A stretch of 64,000 nt of DNA from Octopus vulgaris (GCA_951406725.2 OX597820.1:73284001-73348000); one strand, 5' to 3'. Positions 13,820 to 28,398 are shown, counted from the first letter of the stretch. The notes: generated by a model from the letters alone, not told the origin. Translations and numbers: made by a program.

Positions 13820-13988
13820 TTACATTTAAATAATAAGGGTAAAAAATTGGTATTAATTAGATTAATATCAATCAAAACCAGTGGCTCAGCATATTGAAAA
13901 AATCTGAAGATTCTGAAAAATATATTACATACATAGATACATACATACATACATACATACATACATACATACATACACACATACATAT

Positions 13989-14020
<32 letters not shown>

Positions 14021-14895
14021 GTATATGTATATATATATATATGGGTGTTAAAACAACATCCTTCCTAAATGCCTGAGAGACCTGCATGTCCGTAAATGCT
14101 AATAACACATGTATACCAGTAATATTCAACGATTGATTTTTATCAACTAAATGCATTTTATCTAACTTGTGAATTGTCAAACTAAATCAATATTTATCAC
14201 TCAATAATCTCATGAATTTTCTTTTCATTTTGTTTCCTTTCTGCAGTAAGAAATGATCAATAGAAATTTGATGTTAAAAGAAATATCAAACTGTTCAACA
14301 GAGTGGCAATATTGAGTGAAAAATGCTGTTTACTTTACCGAGCACACTAACGCAAACACAATGCCAACCGAAGTTGTAAATTATTTAACCAAAAAATACT
14401 TTCAGTTAGAAAAAATACAAAAAACCTATTGATGTTTTAAGTAAAGTTTATCCTCGAAGTTGTTGAGTACATTTCATTTTTATTCCGTATAGTCTTTACA
14501 TTGATATAACATTGATCACATATTGATATTTAATGCTAGATGGATTAATAGAATTGAAGACGATTCTGTATAAGATTGTTTGTTGTTAAAAGCATTCATC
14601 TTTGTAGAATTAGAAACAACCAAAAACTTTGTAACTAGTGTCAGTATGCTGTATCAGTCTTTTCGGGGTGTAATCATGCGTTTTGGGAAAATTGTTTCGC
14701 CGGAATTCGATTTTCCTTTGAACGCCCATACAAACAGAATGTATATTTTAGCTTCACATATCGTTTATACTTTGTAAAACACGTCAAGTTCCTCTATTGT
14801 ATTCATAACGATACAGTTACTTTTAATCATCGCATACATCATCAATCAAGTTCTCTTTAGTCTTTGACATATTTATCAAAATCATTACGTCATTA

Positions 14896-15145
14896 TGGAG
14901 GTGTACTTGCATAGCAAGTGACCTGATCTGAGATCGTGTGCTGGAACGAAAACAATTGCAGCATGGAAGGTATTTATAAGCTATTTAAGAAACAGATGCA
15001 GCACGGAATTTTGTCAGTGAATAGGTCGCGGTCTCAAAGCGACGAAAATATTTTGAAAAATTAAATTTAAATGTTGAAGTGAATCTAACGGTTTTTGTGT
15101 GTTTCTTAAATTACTAATGGACACTCTCCACGCTGCAATTGTTTG
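14896..15145. mobile_element. Family H inverted-arm element with hammerhead-like motif and 12-bp TSD
   Basis: TSD ATTACGTCATTA at 14884-14895 and 15146-15157; aaacaattgcagc...aagaaaca inverted with tgtttctt...gctgcaattgttt. Confidence 0.8.
15009..15060 (+). ncRNA. Hammerhead-like motif with G3/U8 core variant
   Basis: tttgtca GTGAATA G GTCGC ggtctcaaa GCGAC GAAA ATATTT tgaaaaa. Confidence 0.55.
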
Positions 15146-15167
15146 ATTACGTCATTAATTGTTTAAT

Positions 15168-16731
15168 TAACTAGAAAAGCACTCGTAGAGCGCAGACCTC
15201 TGCCAGACCACCACCACCATTACCACCATATCACAATCATCACCACAACTATCCTACCACTATCACCACCACCACACCACCACCAGTCATTGCTTCTACT
15301 TCAACCACATACACCGCCATCAACGTTATCATGATGGTTACCTTGACAGTCACTTTCACCACCACAACCAGTATAACCACTACAATACCACCATCACACA
15401 ACTAACACTATCATCAACACCACTATTACCACCATCACCTCAGCATCACACATCACACCGCTCCTATCGCTATTATAACCACCGATACTATTTTATCCTC
15501 CTCCCATACTTATCGCGACCATCGTCATCATCAACACTGTCTCTGCTTTCACCACAATCACCGTCAAAACTACGATCACCTCAATCAGTTTCTTTACACT
15601 GTTGAAAATCCATTATCCGATACACATGGGACTGAGATTTGCAGATTTTTGATTTTTCTAATTTCGGAGTGCTTTATTAAAAAAAAATTGTATCCACAAA
15701 ACGGAACAGTTTGAGGATAGAAACCAGGTCTACAAACAATAGCTTATAGACATACTCTGAATGTAATTCTATATAAATCTTTAATAATTTGTTTTTATAC
15801 TTAAGACCATCAAAAATGCTATGATATCAGCCTCTACCCACGTTGTCATGCATTGATTAAAAGATTACAGCATAGATTAGATTACTTAGATAAGTTTCGG
15901 CCGAAGTTGACTCAGGCCATGTCTAATTTAATAGTGCCACCTGGAAGAGGTACACAATCAGATCTGAGGAACTGTAGCTCATTGAAGTAGAGGGTTAGAG
16001 TTTTCAGAGACATATCTGGGCATGGGTGGTTTATCTGGTATTTGTTGTGTGTAATCATCTATGGATCGTTTGAATGCCGTGAAGTCACTTTCCTCCTTTA
16101 TGTGTGTCTGGCACGATGTTGAAGAGAGCAGGGCCAATTGAGGTGAAATAGTTGTCATAGTGTTGTGATATGAACATTTCTGTAGTGGACGGATGGCACG
16201 GGGGCCAAGCCTCGGACGAATTTTAAAGATGGGCAATGTTGATGGAATATTCTCCACATCATACAGATGATATAGAGCTCACAGCAAAGGTGGACGGAGC
16301 AAAGCCTGAGCTTTTTGAGTCGATCCAACTAGTCAAGGCTTGTCATGTCATCCTCCGCTGACCTCCGCCAAGCAGCTCATTTTAAGATAGATACGTGAGT
16401 AAAATTACTAATAGAGAAACGAAAATAAACTTTTGAAACAGCAACGCCACCATAGGTTATGTGCAAACGATGAACGTGTTTTCAGAGGAGGTAATCAAAG
16501 AACGTAACATTAATACTTCATGTAAAGTAAATATAACAAATGAAAAATCCTTCAAGAATCCATAAAAATTCCCGGATCACTATCAAAATTTCATCATCTA
16601 TTCCTTGAGTCATTACCATCTTATTCTGCAAGTGTCATCAAATACCGTTCACAACTTCTTGAGTTATTTTGCATACAAACGGACATGCCAACGCCGATGA
16701 AAACATAACCTCCTTCCTTGGCGGAGGTAAT
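15168..16731 (+). mobile_element. Helentron/HINE-type non-autonomous element(s) interrupted by a LINE fragment
   Basis: 5' gcactcgtagagcgcagacctctgcc, second acctccgcc near 16361, 3' acctccttccttggcggaggt hairpin; same termini as 35259-35627. Confidence 0.55.
15870..16355 (-). pseudogene. 3' fragment of CR1-like LINE ORF2 with 3' UTR and (ATCTA)n-like tail
   Basis: LDRLKKLRLCS..YIICMMWRI, PRLGPRAIRP, FKRSIDDYTQQIPDKP. Confidence 0.8.
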
Positions 16732-16764
16732 TACTCACAGTTTGTATTCTCTTTCTCTTTTTCT

Positions 16765-17156
16765 CTTTTACTTGTTTCAGTCATTTGACTGCGGCCATGC
16801 TGGAGCACCACCTTTAATCGAGCAACTCGACACCAGGACTTATTCTTTTGTAAGCCCAGTACTTATTCTATCGGTCTCTTTTGCCGAACCGCTAAGTAAC
16901 GGGGACGTAACCACACCAGCATCGGTTGTCAAGCAATGCTAGGGGGACAAATACAGACACACAAACACACACACGCATATATATACATATATACGACGGG
17001 CTTCTTTCAGTTTCCGTCTACCAAATCCACTCACAAGGCTTTGATCGGCCCGAGGCTATAGTAGAAGACACTTGCCCAAGGTGCCACGCAGTGGGAATGA
17101 ACCCGGAACCATGTGGTTGGTAAACAAGCTACTTACCACACAGCCACTCCTGCGCC
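16765..17156 (-). mobile_element. SINE family B, full length
   Basis: Colinear with other B copies. Confidence 0.93.
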
Positions 17157-17759
17157 ACGATTTCTCAAAAGAATGAAAAAAATGCTATGCAGGGTTACCA
17201 ACGACGAGAAATTTTAAGAACTGCATATTAAGTAAACAAAAATAAATGAATAAATAAATGACAAAATAAATATATGAATTCTCAGCAACTTTTTATGATT
17301 GTTTAGTTTCCATTTCAAATTTATAATTCTGCTACATAATCCGATGAAATAATTATCTCCCTTGAAATAACTACGACCGTTGGGGTACCCCACGTATTTT
17401 ATCATTCATCTTTACAATTAATAATATATATGGTCCCCCAACTTTTGCAGCTGCTTAAAGAGAAGAATATAATATTTTTTGCGTCTGCAACTCAATTATG
17501 CCTGCTCTTTGAATCACATTTACAGGAAGTTATTTTCTTGGCAGGGATTTCTTAATCTTCATAGTATCCCAAGGAAGCATCAGAGAATTCCAGCGGGAAC
17601 ATGTTCTAAGATTGAAAAATTCTTTATCAATATTGTGATATTTCGGGACGGTCATTTTTTTTTTTTTTTGCCAGATAAACATACACACTATATTTTTTTC
17701 TTCACTTCTTTATTACTCTTCTTATTTAATTCATTTAACTCATGTCCATATATAGAGCA

Positions 17760-17950
17760 GCACGCCGGGCGAAATGCGTAGCCGTATTTCGTCTGCCGTT
17801 AGGTTCTGAGTTCAAATTCCGCCAAGGTCGACTTTGCCTTTCATCCTTTCGGGGTCGATAAATTAAGTACCAGTTACGCACTGGGGTCGATGTAATTGAC
17901 TTAATCCCTTTGTCTGTCCTTGTTTAGCCCCTTGTGGGTAGTGAAGAAAT
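17760..17950 (+). mobile_element. SINE family A, 5'-truncated
   Basis: cacgccgggcgaaatgcgtagccg...gtcgactttgcctttcatcctttcggggtcgataaattaagtacc. Confidence 0.9.
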
Positions 17951-18542
17951 AATATCTGTTTCAACACACGATTTCAAATCAGGAATATTGCAAAACGGAT
18001 TGACAAACGTAATTCTTTATCAATATTCGCTGTTTTTGATGGATATATTTTCCTTACGGTTGATTTGAAGACACTGATTAGCGTTCAATAAATATAAAGC
18101 CGTTAACAGTATGTAATAAGCTGCATAAGTTACGCAAATTTTATTTCTTACCCTTCGTGAGGAATAACCGAGTGGTGAACTGGGGACGCAGAAGAAAGTT
18201 ATCGTAACAATGTTCTACACAAAATATAACTTCCGATTCTTCCCTGTCACAGAAATCAATAGAATCGATCTACTTTTCATAGATATCTCTAATCGGGATG
18301 ATCAAGTGATTGACGTGATTATACTAAAGCATATTTAATGCATGCGCGCACCCATGGTAAGTATCTTGCTTACCAACCCACATGGTTCCGGGTTCAGTCC
18401 CACTGCGTGGCATCTTGGTAAAGTGTCGTCTACTATAGCCTTATAAGGATAAGATCATTATCTAAAATACCGATCATATCAAGTTGTCAGCATGGGAATA
18501 AAAACCTTACAGATAATAATTATTTAAAAAATTATAATTAAA

Positions 18543-18611
18543 GGTATCTAAAAGTTACCACCATGCTAGAGACACCAGCTGTCTCTAGCATGGTGGTATC
18601 TTTTAGATACC
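18543..18611. repeat. Near-perfect palindrome (about 32-bp stem, 5-nt loop)
   Basis: ggtatctaaaag(t)taccaccatgctagagaca ccagc tgtctctagcatggtggta(t)cttttagatacc. Confidence 0.9.
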
Positions 18612-18619
18612 CTTAAAAG

Positions 18620-18676
<57 letters not shown>

Positions 18677-18943
18677 CATATAAAGTCTCCAATATATTCT
18701 GTCTTCCGCATCCATTGTCTCTACTATACTCAACGTGCACTGAGGAATTCTTACCGTAGATCCAGAGACGACTGAGTACAGGTAGCCACAGCCAGAGAAC
18801 GTGCTTTATCAGCATACTATTAGGGACATACGCAACACAAAGTTTAAAATTTAAATTCTAATTTAATCTTTAATTTCAAGCTAGATGTGTGTTTGTGTGT
18901 ATATATATATATATATATATTAATCTCTCTCTCCCTCCCTCTT

Positions 18944-18994
<51 letters not shown>

Positions 18995-18996
18995 CC

Positions 18997-19058
<62 letters not shown>

Positions 19059-19526
19059 TTATCTATCTATCTATCTGTCTGTATATATATATATATATAA
19101 ATGTATGTATGTATGTATGTATATGATGGAATCCCCCATCAAAGATGACGTTTGAACGTTCAGCCAGAAGACAAAAAAAAGCAAAGTTAAAGAAAACCAA
19201 TACCAACACAATCAACAACATGATCATATTACTATTACTACTATTCACCAATGTTTCTGAATTCATTCACTTCACCTTGTGACTCCTCCTCTACGAGTCC
19301 TCAGGCCACCGATGAGTCACAAAGACGATCACAAACACAACACCAGCAATTTACATTATCTGAAGCAATATGGATGCGAGCATGACTCATCAAACCAGCA
19401 CGTGACCTACCCGACAAATCATAATGTGGACAAGATGGTTTGAGAAACGATTGGTGTTCAGTTGGTTTATTTTCCTATTTTCTCGTAACTGATCTTGATG
19501 AAGTACCCTTTGAGTTTCAAAATTTT

Positions 19527-19757
19527 GAATCTGGGAAAAGCACTCACTCCCTAAAATGATACAGCCGTGTATTCGGCACCTGGGTCGAGTGGCACACGCC
19601 CCTGAGCAAGGCACGTCATTTCACGTTGCCCCGGTTTACTGAAAGTGGGCAGCACTCTACTGTTACTGGTGCTGTTCTCTCTCCCTCCATCTGTTACATT
19701 GTGGATGCTCCACTGCTTTAAGGGTAGTATGGTTGAAAGGGATTCTATGCATATACA

Positions 19758-19793
<36 letters not shown>

Positions 19794-19809
19794 TAAATAT
19801 ATACATATC

Positions 19810-19870
<61 letters not shown>

Positions 19871-20079
19871 ATGTTTAACCGTCACTCGCAAGCTTGTTTG
19901 ATCTGGTAGCATATACCATAATTTCGCTAACTGTTTTAGGTGCCTATGTAATTTCGGGTACTTTAAGTGAACCGGAGCAACGTGAAATGACGTGACTTGC
20001 TGAGGGACATGTGCCACTCAATCCAGGAGCCGAATACACGGCCTTAATATTTTGAGGAGTGAGTACTTTTTCCAGATTC
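19527..20079. repeat. Inverted pair of about 120-bp SINE-C-related arms around a microsatellite
   Basis: 19527-19646 is a diverged reverse complement of 19959-20079. Confidence 0.75.
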
Positions 20080-20162
20080 GAGATACACATCTAGCTATGG
20101 ACATAGATATTAATATGCATATTCTTATAGATATATCTAAGTATATGTATTTTAGTATATGT

Positions 20163-20372
20163 ATAAGGGGTACTGGTTTGGGGTAAAAGAAAACACAGGA
20201 GGATCAATTAATTATGATTTTATTCAACATGCCCCGCCCACCTCTGAGATTCACACACTTACTGCAGCGGCCCTTCAGTTTTTCTAAGCTCTGTAAAAAA
20301 GAACCTGGCAGGTTAGGCCTCCAACCAGGCTTTTCATGATTCCCTTAATGCCAGGAACCCTTCAGCAGCTCA
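20163..20372. mobile_element. Mariner-derived MITE, degenerate
   Basis: ttttattcaacat...cacacacttactgcagcg (mariner 3'-end-like) and gccaggaacccttcagca terminus. Confidence 0.55.
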
Positions 20373-20466
20373 AAGTACCGGTTTCGCACTGGGTCGATGT
20401 AATCGACTTAATCCCTTTTTCTGTCCTTGTTTGTCCCCTCTGTGTTTAACCCCTTGTGGGTAGTAA

Positions 20467-20517
<51 letters not shown>

Positions 20518-20711
20518 CTCTTTTACTTGTTTCAGTCATTTGACAGTGGCCATGCTGGAGCACCGCCTTTAGTCGAGCAATTCGACCCCAGGACTTAATG
20601 GTCGGCCCGAGGCTATAGTAGAAGACACTTGCACAAGGTGCCACGCAATGGGACTGAACCCGGAACCATGTGGTTCGTAAGCAAGCTACTTACCACACAG
20701 CCACTCCTACA

Positions 20712-20712
<1 letters not shown>
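20518..20712 (-). mobile_element. SINE family B, internally deleted
   Basis: Head and tail joined at caggacttaatggtcggccc. Confidence 0.85.
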
Positions 20713-20766
<54 letters not shown>

Positions 20767-21046
20767 TGTCTATGCGCACGCGTGTGTATTACACGTATAT
20801 GTATACATACATGTACGATATATATGATTAATATTTATTAGTGTGGCTTCTTGATCACACAAGTATAACCAAATGTTTAAAGCTTTATAAGTCGTTCGGT
20901 TAAATTTGAAAAGATTTCCGTGTGTGGAGAAGATCCATTGTTGTGTCACGTTTCTGTGGTTCCATTCCGATATTTCAAACACAGAATACAAGCGCAAAAC
21001 AAATGTGGCGACAACTTCATACATTTTCAGTGAAAAACAATTTCTA

Positions 21047-21077
<31 letters not shown>

Positions 21078-21155
21078 CATGCAGATGCACACACACATGC
21101 ACATACACACATGCACACACGCACATATGCGTAAATATCATGCATATGTGTATGC

Positions 21156-21221
<66 letters not shown>

Positions 21222-21554
21222 GAGGGGTAGTGTACTTGTGTGCTTGACTATCGCTGTTGGTTTGTTTTCGTTTCCGTAAATTAACGGCTTCATTAAAGAA
21301 CTCAATGGGAAGGAAGGACTAACACAATAAGTGCCAGACTTAAAAACAAGTATTGGGATTTATTTGTCCGACTAAACCCTAGAACACGGTGCTCCAGCTT
21401 GGACACTGCTCAATGGCTGAAACAAGTAGAAACACAAAAAGTATCCATACATATGAGTGTGTTTGTGTGTGTGTGTAGTGTGTGTGTAGTGTGTGCGCTT
21501 GCGTTTGTGTGTGCATGTAGATGTGTGCGTGTGTGTGTATTGTATATGTATTTG

Positions 21555-21585
<31 letters not shown>

Positions 21586-22315
21586 TTGTATGCATATATA
21601 TGTATACTGAATGATACATACGTACATACATATTATATATATGTGTGTATACGCACACACACATAGATACACGCACACACACACACACACACAGAGTGTA
21701 AGATAAGTTAATTAAAGCCATAATTGTTCTGATATATAATGACAATACGTATTTACACATGCGCCACTTGCAACCTCCCTGACACTCGAGATATGCAATA
21801 TTCATACAAAAAAAACAAAAACGAAAAAAAAAAAAAATACTCATAGCATGTAACCGAAAATAAATATAAAATAAAAAAGATTTGTGAGACAGGGAAGCGT
21901 GAATCACCAAAGTTTACTGATTCTGGTACGCTTTTATGACGCTGTTGGCTATGTTGCAGTGTATTCCGAACAAATGTCAACAAATAGCAACATGTATAGA
22001 TAATTTTAAAACGCAACAGGAAGCCATGTTATGTTATGTTATGCTGATATCGTCTGCCGATATCTAAAAGATATTTGACCGAAAAGATTATTATACATTG
22101 CAAATATTTGTTTAAACATTAATATTTATGTTAATATTGATATCAATATTACTAATAATGAGGCTGAGGAGTAGATCTAATGGATACTTGAGAGGTGCTT
22201 ATTCAGCTTAGCGGATTGACTTGGGCACAACTTCAGCCGCATCGAAACAGCATTCATCAAAAATTTATGCATTCAACTTATGCATGGAATGCAACCTATT
22301 AAGTGCATATGAATG

Positions 22316-22363
<48 letters not shown>

Positions 22364-22538
22364 GTGTGTAAGTGTGTGTGTGTGAGTACGTGTGTGTACG
22401 TGTGTATACATATATGTTTATAAGTGTTTATGTCTATATATTCATCTTGTAAGTAGAAACACATAAATATAAGCAGAGTCACTGATAAATACACATATAT
22501 ACGCAAACATACTAAGTGTATAATTTTGTAACACACAT

Positions 22539-22588
<50 letters not shown>

Positions 22589-22753
22589 GCACACACATAT
22601 ATATATATACGCACACACATATATATATATATATACACATACATGCACACGCATATATATACAAACGCACAAATGCATATTATATAAAGTATACATATGT
22701 ATGTGTGTGCGTGTATATAGAGTATATATATATATGTGTGTGCGTGTATACAG

Positions 22754-22786
<33 letters not shown>

Positions 22787-23072
22787 ACACACGCGCACAC
22801 ACATACATGTGCATATATATATACATTGCAAGTAGACAGACAGAAAGAGTCACACATGAATGCACAGACACACTCACACACACACAGATGAGCACACAGA
22901 ACCCCGAGCGTGTGTTTCACGTCCATAAAGTGATGTAAATGCAATCAGCTTAACACTGCTCAACCCTCTTCAACAGCCTTTAGTCTCCAAAATGGCTCAA
23001 TTGGGGATATAAATTGTATCGAAGGCTCCGCCCATACAGAAGCTTACCAGCAATCTGAAGCGCGGGCTTTTA

Positions 23073-23243
23073 ATGTGCGTGTGCGTGCATGTGCGTGTGC
23101 GTGCATGTGCGTGTGCGTGCATGTGCGTGTGCGTGCATGTGCGTGTGCGTGCATGTGCGTGTGCGTGCATGTGCGTGTGCGTGCATGTGCGTGTGCGTGC
23201 ATGTGCGTGTGCGTGCATGTGCGTGTGCGTGCATGTGCGTGCA
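23073..23243. repeat. 16-bp minisatellite (GTGCGTGTGCGTGCAT), about 10 copies
   Basis: Seen directly; strict purine-pyrimidine alternation. Confidence 0.92.
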
Positions 23244-23537
23244 CGCGCGTGTGTGTATGTGTATGCAAGCGTGTGTATCTGTGCACTTGATTGTCTGTCT
23301 GTCTGTCTCTCTTGCCCTTTCTCTATCTCTCTCTCTTTTCTCTGTCTCTCTCCTCATCTCTCTCAACCCCCTCTGTCTGTGTATATATATGCGCGCGCGT
23401 GTGTATATATTGTGTATATATATATATAAATATATCTGTGTGTTTGTGCGTGTGTATATATATATATATATGTACACACACACATATACACACACAGATC
23501 CTTGTAAATGCATACATACACTATCACTACATATATA

Positions 23538-23702
<165 letters not shown>

Positions 23703-23808
23703 AAGATATATTTTTGTAGTTTTGTCTTTGAAAAGAGGTTGAAGTCCCCGCAGTCAATCATTCCCTTTGTGGTCTTGTACGATACTTCTCACATCGCAAT
23801 GCAGCCGG

Positions 23809-23854
<46 letters not shown>

Positions 23855-24215
23855 AACGAAGAGAAGGAATCCCACACCAGTACTTGACCTTACTCTTGCA
23901 GAAGGTCGATTTAGCGTGATCTGATCGACCTTCTGTAACTCAAATTAGTCTGAGTAGAAAGAGGTTAAACCTGAACTGCCGAGTGCAGACAGCAAGAACA
24001 AATACCGCTAGCTAATCCATTCGATACATATTGTATTACTTACACACACACACATAAACACATATATACATAGATACATACATACATATATATATATATG
24101 TATGTATCTATGTATATATGTGTTTATGTGTGTGTGTGTGTGTAAGTAATACAATATATATATATATATATGTATGTATGTATGTATGTATATATATATA
24201 TATATATATACATAC

Positions 24216-24251
<36 letters not shown>

Positions 24252-24280
24252 GTAAATATGCATGTATATATGTATGTGTG

Positions 24281-24329
<49 letters not shown>

Positions 24330-25676
24330 TGTATATGTATGCATGTATGTATATATTTTCATGCTCACTTTGCCTCCTCTTTCACTTCACTGTATCCCTT
24401 TCATTTTTTTCTCGCCCATCCTTAATTCTTCTATCCCTCTACCATCCATGCAACATCTATATTCCTCCCTGTGCCTATCAAATCTTATGTCCCTGCCGTA
24501 AGGCTTTACTTCCACACACGCTAGCTTAATTTAATTCGTCCTTAGTCGAAAGACACCTGTTGTTTTGTCCTGTTATTTGCATTTGTATTTGTGTACCATT
24601 TCTCCGTTTTTTTCCGTCCTTGTTTTCGTATACATTCGCTACTTTCTTCCAAGGAATCTAATGCTCTTAGCTTTTTTTTTCCTTGCTGCTGGCCAGATTG
24701 GAGCAATGCACATATGTCTGTGTATTCGTATGACGGGCTTCCATAGAGTTTCCGTTCATGAAATCCACCTATCTCGAATTTTCAAAATCAAGTTTTTTTT
24801 CTAAAATTTCTGAGACAAGTAACGAATGCGTTTATCCATAATTTTATCAAACTAGCTGAGAAATACATTGCGGAGATATAGACGAGTACGACCGCTGAGA
24901 CACCGTTGATAGCTCGGTATGTAACTTACATTGCTTTATAAATCGAAATATATTTTCTCAACATTTTATTAGACTTTTGAGGTTTATACACTACGCCTTA
25001 TACAATGTGTGTGTGAGTGTATGTGTGTGTATTTTACGAGAGTTACTTGCTAAGCTCTCGTACAACTTTCGCTGTTATGTGTAAACGTACTACGATCGAA
25101 CGAATTATACAATTAAGCGTCAAATGTGTTGTTAGGAATTTCTGTAACGACCTGAGGACCACAGCTGCACATCCTTCATCTTTTTCACCTTTCTTCTTCT
25201 TATAAATTCCTCGACTTTGTGTTTACATATTTGTTCCGGATTAGAGAAGCTTAGCAAAGCCAAAGGAATGAGGTCAGTTATATAAATGTATTTATAATGT
25301 ACCACCTAAAGACGAGGCTTTATCTAATGCAAACACGCCCTTCCTAATACAGGTAGTGAACTCTCTTCCCCACACAAACGCCTTTATTTACATATTACCC
25401 CTTTATCTGTCCGGTATATATCATATGTGGTACACAGAACTCTTTTCTCAGACGGCCATATATCATAAATCAAATATCATATATGAAACGCGTTCCCAGT
25501 TTCTTTCAACCACAACGACACTCTGGACTTGATGAAGGGAGAGTGTTATATTACACAAAACTTTTGAAACAAGGGATAACTAAAAATCTGAGAATAAGCA
25601 TAGACGTTCAGGACAAGCTTATGTAAACGCTTTTGGAGAGGCGAAGGGGTAACATCAGTCACTATTGAATTAAATA

Positions 25677-26540
25677 GGCGGTGAACAGGCAGAAGCTTTA
25701 TTACGCCGGGCAAAATGTTTAGCGGTATTTCGTCCGTCTTTCCGTTCTGAGTTAAAATTCCGCCGAGGTCGACTTTGCCTTTCATCCTTCCGGGGTCGAT
25801 AAAATAAGTACCAGTTACGCACTGGGGTCGAAAAATTCGACTTAATCCGTTTGTCTGTCCTTGTCTGTCCTTGTTTGTCCTCTCTGTGTTTAGCCCCTTA
25901 CGTTTTGAGTTCAAATTCCGCTGAGGTCGACTACGCTCTTCATCCTTTCGAGGGTCGACAAATTAAGTAAAAGATGAACACATGAGTCGATATAATCTAC
26001 ACAAATTCTCCCCCACCCACGATATTGCTGACATTGCGCCAAAATTGAAGCCAGAATTAAATTAAATATTATGGTCAACTGACACGTAACTGATGATTTG
26101 ATGTGACACTTGTTCACTTGGAAATGTCTTGAAACGTTCAGAATTTGTATAGTCAAAAGCGGCGAGCTGGCAGAAGCGTTAGCACGCCGGGCGAAATGCG
26201 TAGCCGTATTTTGTCTGCCGTTACGTTGTGAGTTCAAATTCCGCCGAGGTCGACTTTACCTTTCATCCTTTCGGGGTCGATAAATTAAGTACCAGTTACG
26301 CACTGGGGTCGATGTAATCGACTTAATACCTATGTCTGTCTTTGTTTGTCCCCTCTGTGTTTAGCCCCTTGTGGGTAATAAAGAAATAGGTATTTCGTCT
26401 GTCTTTACATTCTGAGTTCAAATTCCGACTAAGTCGACTTTGCCATTCACCCTTTCGGGGTCGATAAATTAAGTACCAGTTGGTACTGGAGTCGATCTAA
26501 TCGAGTGGCCTCCTTCCCCAAAATTTCTGACCTTGTGCCT
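25677..26540 (+). mobile_element. Cluster of SINE family A copies with tandem partial repeats
   Basis: Copies at about 25677-25900, 25900-26055, 26159-26390 and 26390-26540. Confidence 0.9.
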
Positions 26541-26594
26541 AGAGTGGGAAAGAATTAGAATAGTCAACATAATATGTCGTCCGGTTTAATAAGC

Positions 26595-26825
26595 TGGTGG
26601 TTAGTGTGTTGCACTCACAATAGTATGATCACAGTTTCGATTGCAGGAACGGGCGATGTGTTGTGTTCTTGAGCAAGACACTTCATTTTACGTTGCTCCT
26701 GTCCACTCAGCTATGAGTAACTCTGCAAGGGACTGGCAACCCGTTTAGATTGGATGTAGGGATCTCGGCTACTTATACGCCATGGAAACCTGGTAAACGG
26801 TCTCAGTCCTAAGACTCGAGACAGT
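26595..26825 (+). mobile_element. SINE family C
   Basis: Colinear with 8055-8300. Confidence 0.75.
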
Positions 26826-27142
26826 AATGTCCAGAGCTATCTTTAATTTTCCTCTTTTTTAAATACCTTTTAACATCATTACCTGGTCCATGGATGCATT
26901 TAGCAAAACTTTATGTTGCAAAAACTTGGACCAAATCTTAAGACTGAACAAAGCTAACTCACTTGACTCGCAACTTTCAGAGATCATAATAAAAGCTGTA
27001 GGGGCGGCCCTTTCTCGTTTGAATAAGTATTCAGAACATTACGCCGGACGGTTCTTCCCTTTGCCTAATGATTTGCACACCTGCTCTAAAAGCTCAAGGC
27101 GATTCCAAAGTTGAGATTATAACACACACACACGTATGTATG

Positions 27143-27205
<63 letters not shown>

Positions 27206-27810
27206 AGAGAGAGGAGGGAGAATGGTTTCAGATGCTTTTCTCTCTAAAGCTGGCGCATATATTGTTTTTGAAATGATTGAACATCAATACTGAAAAGTTA
27301 TGTTTTACAAAGATAGAGCAACATTGATTGATTGGCCCAATACAATTCCATTCTGTTAGCAGAACCATTAAATATACATACATACATACATACATACATA
27401 CATACATGTAAATGTATGTGCATACATAAACGTCTATATGTATATATATATTTGTGTGTGTGTATATATATGTGTGTGTGTGCGTGTGTGTGTGCAGATG
27501 TATATGTATGTGTGTGTGTGTGTGTGAATGAGCAAAACTTTCCCCAAACCCAACTTTTTATCAATCTAAATTATTGTTTCCTTCGCCAGAAAAAAATCCT
27601 TATCTTTTAATTAGTAAGTAGCTGTTGGCTTGTCAAACAAAAACATAAACACACGCGCACGCGCAGACACGTACCCCACATCACACGAACACATACACAT
27701 CCGGACATATACACATACATACACATATGCACATACATGCACATATACATACATATACGTGTGTGTGTATATATATATTATATATATCAATATGTATGCA
27801 TAAATTTATA

Positions 27811-27864
<54 letters not shown>

Positions 27865-27882
27865 TATGTATGCATAAATTTA

Positions 27883-27958
<76 letters not shown>

Positions 27959-28398
27959 TGTATATACACACGCATATAATTTTTCTGCGCATGATGTGAA
28001 GAAAAATATTACTTTACGAAAATATGATGGAAGAAGAATTTAAGGAAATTTAATTTTCACCAAAGAAGAATTGCTTGCTTGCTAAAATGTGTGATAAATC
28101 GTTAACACGTTGGAAGAAAACCAAATAAAATTATTTTTAAAAATCGTTGAGTACAAATACACACACATATACACACATAATACACACCCTACAAAATACA
28201 TACGCACATATATAGAAACACATCCATATATATACGCATACAAATACGTATACATGCACATATCTATGTATACATATATATATGTGTGTGTGTGTGTGCA
28301 TATATATTTATATGCCCATATATATACTATTGTGTGCTTCTAGCTATCTTTCACTATATATGTATATATGTGCGTATGTGTATATATGTACGTATATA

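Noticed and set aside
23896-23938. 15-bp-stem hairpin as a terminator or miRNA
   Set aside because: Lies in a decayed SINE A-like region; too short for a pre-miRNA; intrinsic terminators do not apply here.
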